NCBI GenBank assembly: GCA_965207065.1
Contig: OZ242260.1
Coordinates: 160,001-224,000 of the forward strand
DNA length: 64,000 bases
Reading direction: 5' to 3'
DNA from: a bacterium
GTDB taxonomy: Bacteria; UBA8248
Positions 37,911-47,627 of this stretch are shown piece after piece; positions within the stretch are counted from its first letter, which is position 1, and the number at the start of each line of letters is the position of its first letter. Below the pieces are notes generated by a model, which was not told the origin of the DNA, searched no databases, and saw only the letters and a list, made by a program, of their open reading frames with translations. Both the position numbers and the translations under genes were made by a program.

Positions 37911-39038
37911 ATGGACAAAAGAAGAAAACACATACCCGCCAACTCGAAGTCATTGCCAAAAGGGATTCAGTTTTTTCCTGAAAAAAAGAAGTTTGGGATT
38001 GATATACATGCAGATGGGCGACGCATCAGGAAAGGCAACCTCCCCAATAGGGCAACTGCCGAGCGCGTGCTAGCCAAACTTAGAACCGAGATCGCCGAGG
38101 GAAAATATCTGGATAAGAAGAAAATTAAAAATCCCCTTTTCTCTGCGGTCGTCAAAGAATATGAAAAATGGGCACAGTCCCGAAAGAAAAGCTATGAGAA
38201 CACAGAAAAATATCAGCTTAAAGAATTGATGCGCGAGTTCGGAGAAAAGAAACTCGCCGATCTCACTCCCACAGTGATTGAAAAATTCCTAACCAAATTA
38301 ATGGAGCGCGAGGGTCGAACACCAGCCACATGCAATCGATATCGTTCTTTACTTAGTCGTGTATTTCATAAAGCCATCGATTGGGAATTCTTCGAAGATC
38401 GAAATCCCATCACCAAAGTGTCCAAAATGAGGGAGCCATCTGGGCGTGAAAGAGTGCTTCGGGGAAATGAGAGGGAATGTCTGCTAGCGGCGGCTGAAGA
38501 ACCACTTAAGTCATTCATTCTCGCCGCCCTTTGTACAGGTTGCAGGAAAGATGAACTCCTCCAACTTCAGTGGGCAGAAGTCGATCTTGATTCCGATATC
38601 ATCAAAATATTAGGTGAGAATGCAAAAACAGGTAAATCTCGGGAGATACCAATCCATCCAGAACTTAAAGAGATTCTAATCAATCTTCCTAGTCGCTTTC
38701 AGGGTCAGTTCGTCTTCATCAATCCAAATACCCTCAAACCTCTGCGTCAGCCAAAAGGTGGTTCCATTTACATTAGGAGGGCATGGAAACAAGCTACCGA
38801 ACGTGCAGGTATAAAGGATCTACAATTTCATGATCTTCGTCATGACTTCTGCACAAATGCCATGAGAAGTGGTATCCATCCAAAAATCGTTCAGGAGTGG
38901 ATGGGGCACTCAAAATCCATCATGACAGACCGGTATACCAATTTTGGTTTTGAGGAAACCCGAGCAGCAATGGCTAAACTTTCATCTTCTAACGATGATG
39001 CAACGTCCACTAAAACGTCCATCGCAAATTTAGGTTAA
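37911..39038 (+). CDS. int: Tyrosine recombinase/integrase
   Basis: TGCR, NAKTG, FHDLRH, MGH, TDRY; abuts the tRNA 3' end. Confidence 0.96.
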   Translation: MDKRRKHIPANSKSLPKGIQFFPEKKKFGIDIHADGRRIRKGNLPNRATAERVLAKLRTEIAEGKYLDKKKIKNPLFSAVVKEYEKWAQSRKKSYENTEKYQLKELMREFGEKKLADLTPTVIEKFLTKLMEREGRTPATCNRYRSLLSRVFHKAIDWEFFEDRNPITKVSKMREPSGRERVLRGNERECLLAAAEEPLKSFILAALCTGCRKDELLQLQWAEVDLDSDIIKILGENAKTGKSREIPIHPELKEILINLPSRFQGQFVFINPNTLKPLRQPKGGSIYIRRAWKQATERAGIKDLQFHDLRHDFCTNAMRSGIHPKIVQEWMGHSKSIMTDRYTNFGFEETRAAMAKLSSSNDDATSTKTSIANLG

Positions 39039-39069
39039 CCGCAAAACTCATCCAAGTCATTGTATTTGT

Positions 39070-39145
39070 TGGTGGAGCTGAGGGGGATCGAACCCCTGAC
39101 CTCATGACTGCCAGTCATGCGCTCTCCCAGCTGAGCTACAGCCCC
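39070..39145 (-). tRNA. tRNA-Ala (GGC)
   Basis: GGGGCTGTAGCTCAGCTGGGAGAGCGCATGACTGGCAGTCATGAGGTCAGGGGTTCGATCCCCCTCAGCTCCACCA. Confidence 0.98.
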
Positions 39146-39244
39146 ATACAGGAGGATTTTCCTGAAACCCCCGAAGGGTGCGCGAAGGAATGTAGCGGAA
39201 ACCGCGCGCCCTCGTCAACGCTGGAGTGAGAGGAATGAAGCGTC

Positions 39245-40366
39245 TCAACCGCCTGGATCCGGCTCCTCAGCAAACGCCTGCACCTGATCCGCAAGTTCCG
39301 AGAAATCGGCGGCGCCCGTCGTATCCTCGGTAATGACTTCCACCTCTTCGGGTCCGCTCGCTCCGAGCCCGAGTTCGACCGCGCGCCTGATCTGGCGGTG
39401 CGACCAGACGGGGTAATCGCGCAGGAGTTCGGACCCCATGGCGCGCACCACCGATGCGCCCACAACGTCCACGGCGACCCGGTCATCCCCTGCGATGATC
39501 ACGTTCGGTTCGCGCTCCTCCCCGGTGTAGGGACCGCCCGATATCCAGCACTTCGTGCCGTCGAGCACGATGAGGGAGGGCGAGTAGAGCAGGTTCGTCT
39601 CCATGATCATCTCCGCCATCTGGGAGACGAAATGCGCGCGAACGCGGTCCCTCGGATGCACGAACCCGTAGACGTTCTTGAGCGAGAGACTGAAGCGCGG
39701 CCCGCCGCCGTGACTCTTCATGGTGGGCAGGTTGACGACGTGCTGACCGGGCGTCATGAGGCGCTCGATGCAGTGCACCCAGCCACCCCAGCGAATCGCC
39801 TCAGGAACGCGGGCCTTCACCCAGGGCTCCTCGTCGAAGCGAAGGAGGCTCACGCCGGTTCGCTCCTGAAAATCGTTCATCCCCCAGCGCTCGAAGTTCC
39901 CGCGCGCCGGCAGGGAGAGGAGTCCGCCCATCTCGCCCACGGCCAGTTCCTCACAACCCGCATCTTTCAGGAGCGCGACGACGGTATCGAGCGTATCGGG
40001 ATGCGTTGAGGCCGGGAACGGGTCGGCGGAGTTGAAGTTGGGTTTCAGGAGCGCGGGTGCTGCCGAATCGATGATATGCCGGACCCCGCCCAGTTTTTCG
40101 ACCGCCAGGCGTATGGCCTCATCGCGCGTCTCCCCGCGCACCATGGCCACGAGGCTCCTGCCCTCTCGCTTGAGTCTGGGCGGGCGAAGGGGCGGCACTT
40201 CCGCTTCGGGGTAAACCTGTTTCGTCTCCTGGAGCGCGCGGTAGGCCGCCGATTCATCGAAATCAAGAACATTCCTGAAATTCTCGGCCCGCGTCTCCAC
40301 GGGGGTATCGAGTGGAACGATCATCTTCACATCCTCCCGAAGAAGATGGTAATCCTCATTTCCCAA
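39245..40366 (-). CDS. DUF362 domain protein
   Basis: LLKPNFN..PASTHP, NLPTMKSH, SLKNVYG, GGP..G. Confidence 0.85.
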   Translation of the reverse strand: MGNEDYHLLREDVKMIVPLDTPVETRAENFRNVLDFDESAAYRALQETKQVYPEAEVPPLRPPRLKREGRSLVAMVRGETRDEAIRLAVEKLGGVRHIIDSAAPALLKPNFNSADPFPASTHPDTLDTVVALLKDAGCEELAVGEMGGLLSLPARGNFERWGMNDFQERTGVSLLRFDEEPWVKARVPEAIRWGGWVHCIERLMTPGQHVVNLPTMKSHGGGPRFSLSLKNVYGFVHPRDRVRAHFVSQMAEMIMETNLLYSPSLIVLDGTKCWISGGPYTGEEREPNVIIAGDDRVAVDVVGASVVRAMGSELLRDYPVWSHRQIRRAVELGLGASGPEEVEVITEDTTGAADFSELADQVQAFAEEPDPGG

Positions 40367-40470
40367 AGAAATTGATTCTACCCCGAAGGGCTGATTTGCG
40401 AAACTGCCAGGGCCTCTCTCATTCCTTGAGGGTCAATGACATCTGATGAAAAAGAACCACTCCCCCTTTG

Positions 40471-40720
40471 GGGGTCGTTGAAAAAGACCTCTCCGCCTCA
40501 TCCTGAATAGCGGCGAAGCCGCGTATCGAAGGATGCCCTCTCGCCCCGGCGCGAGGCGTTCGACTCCCCTCGCCCTTCGATGCAAACGCTCCTTTCTCAG
40601 CCGCGTTCTACCTTTGGCGGCTACTCAGGGTGAGGAAAGAGGCGTTGGCGGTTTGCGTGGGTCGAACGCGACCGGGGAGGGAGCGTTCGCTGCCTTTGAC
40701 GAGGCTTTTTCAACAGCCCT
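40471..40720. mobile_element. MITE-like element A
   Basis: Ends GGGGTCGTTGAAAAAG / CTTTTTCAACAGCCC. Confidence 0.65.
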
Positions 40721-40957
40721 TGAAGGCATTTATGGCGTAACCATTCTTCCATGATTATGATTTCACTCGTCCGGCGAGGCCAGAACGAAACCCGAGAGGC
40801 AAGAGATTTTGACCGGATGAAATTGTCTTTCGCCTTTATCCTGTATTAGACTCTGGCCCCATCAGCGCAAGGCAGGACAAGCGAGTCCCAAAGACGCATC
40901 GCCTCCCGAAGCCTCCCAAAGCGCCTCGACGAAGATAATGAACCTTTAGGAAGGTTT

Positions 40958-41797
40958 TTGATGCTTTTTTTCATTCAGTTCCTGGCGATGGGCTTAGGGG
41001 TAGGCGTGCTGGGCACGCTGGTGGGCGCGGGCGGCGGCTTCATCCTCACGCCCCTTCTCCTGCTGATCTTCACCGACCAGCCCTCGGAAGTCATCGCCGC
41101 CACTTCACTCAGCGTGGTCTGCCTGAACGCCCTTTCCGGCTCAGTCGCCTATTACCGCCAAAAGCGAATCGACATCAAGACAAGCGTCTCTTTCGCGCTG
41201 GCCGGTTCGGTCGGGGCGATAATCGGCGTCTTCGCCACGAGCGAGGTCGCGCGGGGGCCGTTCGACTTCCTGCTGGGAATGGCCTTGCTGATCCTTTGCA
41301 TCTCCATCATCAACCCGCCGCCGCCCTTCGAGGCAACGCGCGAGAGCCCCGGCGGCATCGGCGCGCTGGCGCACCGGCGCATTGTGGACAGCCATGGCAA
41401 AGTCTATGAATACGCCTTCCGCTTCCGGCTCGGCGCAGCCTTAAGCTCCATCGTGGGTTTTCTGGCGACGTTTCTGGGCATCGGGGGCGGCCCCATGCAT
41501 GTGCCGCTGATGATACGAATCTTGAGGATTCCTCCCCACATCGCCACCGCCACCTCGCAGTGCGAGCTTCTCTTCACCACTGCGCTCGCCGTGGCGTTTC
41601 ATTTCATCCTCGGCAACCTCCACGCGATGAAGAGCGTGATTCTTCCCCTCGCGATCGGGATAATCGTTGGCGCGCAGGCGGGAGCCGCCATCTCGCACCG
41701 GGTGAAATCCCTCACCCTCACGCGGATTCTGGCGGTACTGATGACGCTCGTCTCTCTACAGCTTCTCTACAAGGGGGCGAGCGAGTGGTTCTGGTAG
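40958..41797 (+). CDS. TauE/SafE family transporter
   Basis: GAGGG..P, ATS, LGIGGG, GAQAGA. Confidence 0.92.
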   Translation: MMLFFIQFLAMGLGVGVLGTLVGAGGGFILTPLLLLIFTDQPSEVIAATSLSVVCLNALSGSVAYYRQKRIDIKTSVSFALAGSVGAIIGVFATSEVARGPFDFLLGMALLILCISIINPPPPFEATRESPGGIGALAHRRIVDSHGKVYEYAFRFRLGAALSSIVGFLATFLGIGGGPMHVPLMIRILRIPPHIATATSQCELLFTTALAVAFHFILGNLHAMKSVILPLAIGIIVGAQAGAAISHRVKSLTLTRILAVLMTLVSLQLLYKGASEWFW

Positions 41798-41924
41798 TTG
41801 TCACGCCGACCTGGAAAATCGATGCGGCGTATGTGAAAATAAGGACTCTGGTCAAAGACCACCGGGACAATTCCATTCAACAAGGCGTCCGCACGGAGCG
41901 GCGGACGAGAAGGAGATTTTGAAC

Positions 41925-42707
41925 ATGTCGGAAAGAGTAACCGTCGTAGAGGTCAGGGACAAAACCCTCTGGGTGGGGCTCAACCGCCCCAAAACGCTGA
42001 ATGCGATGAATTTCCAGATGATCAACGAAGTCATCGAAGCCTTCACGCGGCTCGATGAGGACCCCGATATCGGCGTGGGCGTCATGTACGGCCTGAACGG
42101 GAACTTCTCCTCGGGCGGCGACATGGACATGATGCTGGGGCTGAACTACCAAACGGGCCACATCTGGAACAACAAGATGCGGCGTCTGTGCATGACGCTC
42201 AGGAACTCGGGCAAGCCCACCATCGCCATGGTGCGCGGCTGGTGCATCGGCGGCGGCAACGAGTGGCAGCTCTACTGCGACCTCTGCATCGCGAGCGAGA
42301 ACGCGACGTTCGGCCAATCGGGCGCGCGCGTGGGCGCGCTGCCCGTGGTGGGCGCCACGCAGTACCTCCCGCTTCTGATGGGCGATCGCAGGGCGCGCGA
42401 GATGCTGTTCCTGGCCAAGCGCTACCCGGCGCAGGAGGCCAAGGAAGTCGGCCTCATCAACGAAGTCGTGCCGGATAACAAGCTCGAGAAGACTACCGAG
42501 GAGTGGTGCGCCACCATCAACTCCCACGCCCCGGCCACCCTGCGCTACATGAAGACGAACCTGAACTTCCTGGGCGACCTCCACTACCCCTCCTGGATGC
42601 ACGGCAGCGAACTACTGAACGCCGTGTGGAACAACGAGCAATCCGTCGAGGGAATGAACGCGTTCAAGGAGAAAAGGCCACCCGACTTCAGCCGCTTCCC
42701 CCGCTAG
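41925..42707 (+). CDS. Crotonase-superfamily enzyme (BadI/MenB-like)
   Basis: LNRP..LNA, FSSGGD, CIGGGNE, FGQSG.RVG, AF.EKRPPDF. Confidence 0.9.
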   Translation: MSERVTVVEVRDKTLWVGLNRPKTLNAMNFQMINEVIEAFTRLDEDPDIGVGVMYGLNGNFSSGGDMDMMLGLNYQTGHIWNNKMRRLCMTLRNSGKPTIAMVRGWCIGGGNEWQLYCDLCIASENATFGQSGARVGALPVVGATQYLPLLMGDRRAREMLFLAKRYPAQEAKEVGLINEVVPDNKLEKTTEEWCATINSHAPATLRYMKTNLNFLGDLHYPSWMHGSELLNAVWNNEQSVEGMNAFKEKRPPDFSRFPR

Positions 42708-42788
42708 GGGCGACGGAGAAATCTGGCGAAGAGAATTTATTACGACCCCGTCGGACGTGCGCCCTGCGCGTCCGCCGGTTCACGTACC

Positions 42789-43283
42789 ATGCCGCTTCAC
42801 TCGATGTCCACCGGAGGAAAATGGGTGGCGCGCGAGAAAGTCGGGCCACGCCCCGGTCATGTACGCAGCGGTGCGGGCGTAAATGCGCGCTTCGTGGATG
42901 CGGAAGCCCTAGACTTGCTGCTACTCCCGCGCGATGCGTTCGGCTTCGACGCGGAAATTTACGCCGGGGCCGAGATTCTGGTCGACAGCATGGAGCCGCT
43001 GCTTCCGGAGGGCTGCTTCGTCCTCATCGATTTGAGCGACAAGACGCCGCGCCGAAACGGCATTTACGCCCTGCACGGGGCGGACGGGCAGTGCGCGGTC
43101 AAACACGTCGAGGTGATCGACGCGAGGCGCATGGCCCTCATCCCGGAGAATCGCGCGGCGTTTCGTGCAGAATTATGGGAACTGGCGACCGGAGAAACAA
43201 TGGAAGATAAAATTATCGGCAGGGTCGTCTGGCGCACCCTTCGCTTGAAGAATAACGCCGGAGAAGAGCCGCCGGGCCGCTAG
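42789..43283 (+). CDS. Stand-alone S24 peptidase-like domain protein
   Basis: DSMEP, GIYA, AVK, LIPEN, IIGRVVW. Confidence 0.7.
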   Translation: MPLHSMSTGGKWVAREKVGPRPGHVRSGAGVNARFVDAEALDLLLLPRDAFGFDAEIYAGAEILVDSMEPLLPEGCFVLIDLSDKTPRRNGIYALHGADGQCAVKHVEVIDARRMALIPENRAAFRAELWELATGETMEDKIIGRVVWRTLRLKNNAGEEPPGR

Positions 43284-43945
43284 CGGGCGTAGCCCTTTCG
43301 CCTGTAGACGCCGGGGGAGCCCGGCTCCTGGCGGTAGTAGCTCCTCACGCGCGACGTCCACTCGGAGGCGTTCATGTGCTTCCACTCCGGCGTTTCGCGC
43401 ACGGATTCATCCTCCATCTCATAGAGGACGATCATGAGCCGCTCCCCCTCCACGGGGCTGTAGCGGCGCATGCGCCTCACCCCCGGCACCTTCTCGCAAA
43501 GGGGGCCGCGATCCCGTGAATACCAGCCGTTGAAATCGGCGAGCCTGTCCTGGGGCACGTTGATTCTGCCGAACTGAATAACGGGGCCGAGACCCGCCGC
43601 CTCCACCGAGGGGAAATCCGGCGGCCGGCCCGGCAAGCCAGGATAGACCTGCGCGCTGACGAGGCGAATACGGGTCGTCGGAGCGACGGGGGAGCCCATC
43701 TCGGCCGAATCCATGAGCGAGGCGAACTCCTCTCCATAGTATACGTGGACGTTCTCCGCCTCCACGAGGTTCAGAAAGCGCGGCGCGCCGTCTATCACCT
43801 CATAGCTCGCCCCTCCACTCACGCCCGGGACTTCGAGCATCCGCGAGAGGCGAACCTCATTAAGCCACGCGCTTGCTTCCGCCTCCTCGCCTTCCGCGAA
43901 GTCGAACAGCTCGGCGAGCAAACCCATTCCATGCGTGCGTACCAA
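43280..43945 (-). CDS. DUF4286/EthD-like two-domain protein
   Basis: Duplicated (F/A)..W...(E/K)VPGV pattern. Confidence 0.7.
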   Translation of the reverse strand: MVRTHGMGLLAELFDFAEGEEAEASAWLNEVRLSRMLEVPGVSGGASYEVIDGAPRFLNLVEAENVHVYYGEEFASLMDSAEMGSPVAPTTRIRLVSAQVYPGLPGRPPDFPSVEAAGLGPVIQFGRINVPQDRLADFNGWYSRDRGPLCEKVPGVRRMRRYSPVEGERLMIVLYEMEDESVRETPEWKHMNASEWTSRVRSYYRQEPGSPGVYRRKGYAR

Positions 43946-43994
43946 AACAGTCTTGCCTCTTTGACGACGGGAAATAGAATAAGGAGAGTCTACA

Positions 43995-44306
43995 CTATTC
44001 CTTCTGGAGAGCCACCCGTATCGTCCCCCCGTACTGCGCGGCCACCAGGTGATGGGGGCGATACCCTTCCTTGAGAATTTCGACCGTGAACGTATCGGCG
44101 TAATGATCCTTTATCTTCTTCCAGGGGATGAGGACCGGCGATTTGCCTATCTTCTCCTTGCCGAGCTTGACCGTAGCGCCCGGAGGCTCCGTGATCACCT
44201 CCACGCCGCGCGGCACCATGTCGCCGCATCCGCTCAAAACGAGAAAGGCGGCGAGAAGCGCCCATCCCATGCCGAGGGTCTTGCGCATTTTTTGTTTCTC
44301 CTTCAT
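43995..44306 (-). CDS. PEGA-domain lipoprotein
   Basis: LSGC lipobox; TEPPGATV..IGKSP..KEGY. Confidence 0.8.
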   Translation of the reverse strand: MKEKQKMRKTLGMGWALLAAFLVLSGCGDMVPRGVEVITEPPGATVKLGKEKIGKSPVLIPWKKIKDHYADTFTVEILKEGYRPHHLVAAQYGGTIRVALQKE

Positions 44307-44457
44307 TGCTGTGCCCATCAAATACCATGTATTCATACGAAGCGGGTTCACCGGAAGGCCCCCACATTGAATCTTACAAGATTATGAACCCATCTCTTGA
44401 CAAAATCCACCTCGAAACACATTCTCGGCGAGAAATTCGGGAGGGGAGGAGTTCCAC

Positions 44458-44931
44458 TTGCGCTGTCACCGCTATTATTTCGACCTCATACTCGAGGGCA
44501 TGGACAAATACAACCTCGCCGACTGCATCGTGGACGAATACCTGCCCCTCACCGCGCAAATGCCCATCTGGGAGATTGCGGAAAAAATCCGCGAGGGACA
44601 CCTCCACTTCGAGCACGAAAGCCTGGAGCCTCTCGAGGAATTCCCGAAAAACCTGGAGGCTTTCAGCGCCTATCTCCACCAGGTGGTCAAGGGCTTTCAC
44701 GCTGTCGAAGAGGCGGAAGACGCCCGAGTCCGACTCGTGAAGGCCCAAAAGATACTCGCGCTGAGAGGCGAAGTCGTCACACTACCGCTACGGCTTCCGC
44801 CCACGCTCCTGCTCAACGACCTGGACCCCGACGCGGAGGACCTCGACCACATCGAGGCTCGCTGGCCCGACTACCCGCGCTGGTTCCAGGACGGGATGCG
44901 CAGAAAACACCCCTACTTGAGGCGTCTCTAG
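44458..44931 (+). CDS. Hypothetical protein
   Basis: 157-aa ORF with host-like GC3 codon usage. Confidence 0.7.
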   Translation: MRCHRYYFDLILEGMDKYNLADCIVDEYLPLTAQMPIWEIAEKIREGHLHFEHESLEPLEEFPKNLEAFSAYLHQVVKGFHAVEEAEDARVRLVKAQKILALRGEVVTLPLRLPPTLLLNDLDPDAEDLDHIEARWPDYPRWFQDGMRRKHPYLRRL

Positions 44932-44949
44932 GTGACTCGGTGAAGCGAA

Positions 44950-46482
44950 TCAGGGACTGATCTTCAGGAAGTTCGGGTCGCTCTCATCCCCATAAGCTTC
45001 GAGCGGCTCGCCCGCATCCTCCGTGTCGCCCGCTCGGGGGGGATCCTCCTCGGGAGTGGCGCGCTCGCTCTCCTCTGCCTCGTTCGCGTCATCTGCTTCC
45101 AGCAGCTCGGGTGAGTCATCCGCGGAGAAGATTTGCGTGCCGTCATCCTCCTCGCCCGCCTCACGCGCCTGCAGCGCGCGCGGGGTTTTCTCCACGGGAG
45201 AGACCACGCCGATCTCCCCTCCCGGCGCGCTGCCGTACTCGCCGAATTTTCTCGCCGACACCAGCACGCGTGATTCATACGAACCCACCGCCTTGTTGTA
45301 GGCTTCGACGGCGCGGTCCAGACCCCGGCCCATGGCGTCGAAATGCTTCGCCAGCGTCTTCAAGCGCGCATGGAGTTCCTGACCGAGCGCGCTTACCGCT
45401 TGGGCGCTCTCGGCCACCTTCTCCTGCCGCCAGCCGTAGGCCACCGCGCGCAACAGGGCGATGAGCGTCGTGGGCGTCGCCAGAATCACCTGCCGGCTCA
45501 CGCCCTCCTCTATCAGTCCGGGTTCCTGTTCGAGCGCCGCGCTGAAGAAACTTTCGCCGGGCAGGAACATCGCCACGAACTCAGGTGTTGACTCGCACTG
45601 ATCCCAGTACGCCTTCGAACTCAGGCGGTTCATGTGATCGCGAATCTGGCGCGCGTGATCTCCCAACAAGGCGCGGCGCGCCTCCTCATCCTCCGCTTCG
45701 AGCGAGTTGAGATAGGCGTCGAGCGGCGCCTTGGCGTCGACCACCACGTTCTTCCCACCGGGCAGCTTCACGATGAGGTCGGGGCGCAGGCGCGCCTCCT
45801 CGCCCTCGAGTGTCTGCTGCTCCACGAAGTCGCAATGCGCCACCATTCCGGCCATCTCCACCACGCGCCGAAGCTGCATCTCTCCCCAGCGGCCGCGCAC
45901 GTTCGGCGCACGCAGGGCCTTTACGAGATTCCCCGTCTCCGATTGAAGCTCTTTCTGGCTGCTCGCGAGGGATTTCACCTGCTCGGTGAGAGAACCATAG
46001 GCCTCCCGCCTGGCTCGTTCGAGGTCTTCCACCTGGGTGCCCACCTTGTCGAGCGATTCCCGGATGGGAGTAACGAGGGTCTCCACCGCCTTCTGGCGCG
46101 CTTCGAGGTCGCCCTTGGCCTCGCTCTGGAATTTTTCGAGGGTCGACTTGGCCAGATCGAGGAAAGAGGCGTTGTTGCTCTTGAGAGCGTCTGCGCTCAG
46201 CGCGCCGAAACTCTCGCGCATCTCCTCCGTCGCGCGGCGAAGCAGATCGAGTTTTTCCTGCGCCGATTTTCGCTCGTGCGCCAGATCGGACTCGAGGCGC
46301 GCCACGTCCTCGCGCAGGCTCATGCTCTTCTCCAGTTCTGCGGCGTGGGACGCCTGGGCGTCGGCCTTTTCCATCTCGGAGTTGCGCAGCATCTGGGACA
46401 GGCTCGAAATCCGCGTTCTCATGGCAAACCAGCAGCACAATACGAGAACTGCGGCTCCCAAGGCGACGTGCCAGATTTCCAT
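44950..46482 (-). CDS. rmuC: DNA recombination protein RmuC
   Basis: RGRWGE.QL, RPD.IV.LPG, VDAKAP, MFLPGE, ATPTTL. Confidence 0.96.
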   Translation of the reverse strand: MEIWHVALGAAVLVLCCWFAMRTRISSLSQMLRNSEMEKADAQASHAAELEKSMSLREDVARLESDLAHERKSAQEKLDLLRRATEEMRESFGALSADALKSNNASFLDLAKSTLEKFQSEAKGDLEARQKAVETLVTPIRESLDKVGTQVEDLERARREAYGSLTEQVKSLASSQKELQSETGNLVKALRAPNVRGRWGEMQLRRVVEMAGMVAHCDFVEQQTLEGEEARLRPDLIVKLPGGKNVVVDAKAPLDAYLNSLEAEDEEARRALLGDHARQIRDHMNRLSSKAYWDQCESTPEFVAMFLPGESFFSAALEQEPGLIEEGVSRQVILATPTTLIALLRAVAYGWRQEKVAESAQAVSALGQELHARLKTLAKHFDAMGRGLDRAVEAYNKAVGSYESRVLVSARKFGEYGSAPGGEIGVVSPVEKTPRALQAREAGEEDDGTQIFSADDSPELLEADDANEAEESERATPEEDPPRAGDTEDAGEPLEAYGDESDPNFLKISP

Positions 46483-46649
46483 GCGGGGATTCTCCCGGGG
46501 GCGGTGATTTTTCGTGGCGGGCGGGGTTCGGCAAGTTCTGCGGCTATTGTATCAGGATTCGCGCAAATATGCTCACTGGCAGATTTTGGTCATGAAAACG
46601 GGCAGCCACGGGGGGCCGCCCCTACGGAACACTGCGCCCGAAACGAGGC

Positions 46650-46777
46650 GTAGGGACAGGCCCCTGTGCCTGTCCTGACGAAGGACGACCACGGAGGGCC
46701 GGACAACCCCGTGGAGGGGTTGTCCGGCTACAAAACCAACGTACCCCACCGCTTCAGGGGACCTTTTCAACAACCTC
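46650..46777. repeat. GTAG-type REP-like palindrome and isolated MITE right end
   Basis: GTAGGGACAGGCCCCTGTGCCTGTCC; GGGGACCTTTTCAACAACCTC. Confidence 0.5.
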
Positions 46778-46849
46778 TCTCCGCCCGCAAGAAACGGCTC
46801 GTCCGGGCTACAAGGCACCAGGGAACCCCTCCTCCCCGCCCCTATGAAC

Positions 46850-47125
46850 TCATTCTTCTTCTAGGCGGACGGCGGTGTCGATGAGGATGCGGTATATCCG
46901 CTCGAGGACCTCGGGCGGGCACGGACCTTCATTGCCATCCAATATCCTGGCGATCACCTCGTTCTCGCGCGCCTCGTCCCTGACGGCGATGCCTTGCGCG
47001 TTCTTGTATTCGCCGACTTCGAGGCAGATTTTGAGCCGCTCGTTGATGAGGCGGATGATCTGCGCATCGCACGCATCTATCCGCTCCCTGAACCCGGACA
47101 AACTATCCGCCATGCGGAACTCCAT
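46850..47125 (-). CDS. Chorismate mutase (type II)
   Basis: LSGFRERID..D..I..L..ER..VGEYK..RD.ARE. Confidence 0.92.
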   Translation of the reverse strand: MEFRMADSLSGFRERIDACDAQIIRLINERLKICLEVGEYKNAQGIAVRDEARENEVIARILDGNEGPCPPEVLERIYRILIDTAVRLEEE

Positions 47126-47254
47126 TTGAGCTTAGTGAAAACAGATACGCGATTATACCACGATTCGCGGCGGTTTCATTCCTTCAGGCCCAATCCCTGC
47201 GAAAACGCCGTATCGGGGCCTCATCCTGAGCAGGCGCGCAAGCGCTCCTTCATC

Positions 47255-47509
47255 GGGGTTGTTGAAAAGTACTCAGAAGGAGCGCGCAAAATTTCACTCC
47301 ACCCTTGAGGGGGAGTCGATGAGGTGAGGGTGTGAACCCGAAACCGAATCGGTGGGGGAGATTAATTCTGTGGCATGTCCCCCCACCGAATCGGCCTTCG
47401 CCCAAGGGCTTGGCCTCTTCGACTCCTCCTCGAGGGGGGAGTGATGTCTCCTCTCTCGTCAGTCGCTTATATACTTCGAACCACGAAATCAGGACTTTTC
47501 AACTACACC
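47255..47509. mobile_element. MITE-like element B
   Basis: Ends GGGGTTGTTGAAAAGT / ACTTTTCAACTACACC; internal CACTCC..GGAGT hairpins. Confidence 0.65.
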
Positions 47510-47627
47510 GGCGCGGGGCGTTTTTCATTGCCGTTTGCGCCGTGAATTTGATATGTTGCTCTCATTCGACGCGCGAATCTTTTCGCTACATCGACATAAA
47601 TTCTCTCCCGAAAAAGGAGTCTTTCAC

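Noticed and set aside
1-39069. Second att site duplicating the tRNA-Ala 3' end
   Set aside because: Only short chance matches seen by eye (e.g. TGGTGGAG near 28913); it may lie outside the window
41925-42707. Calling the crotonase menB
   Set aside because: No men genes nearby and motifs fit several ring-hydrolase crotonases
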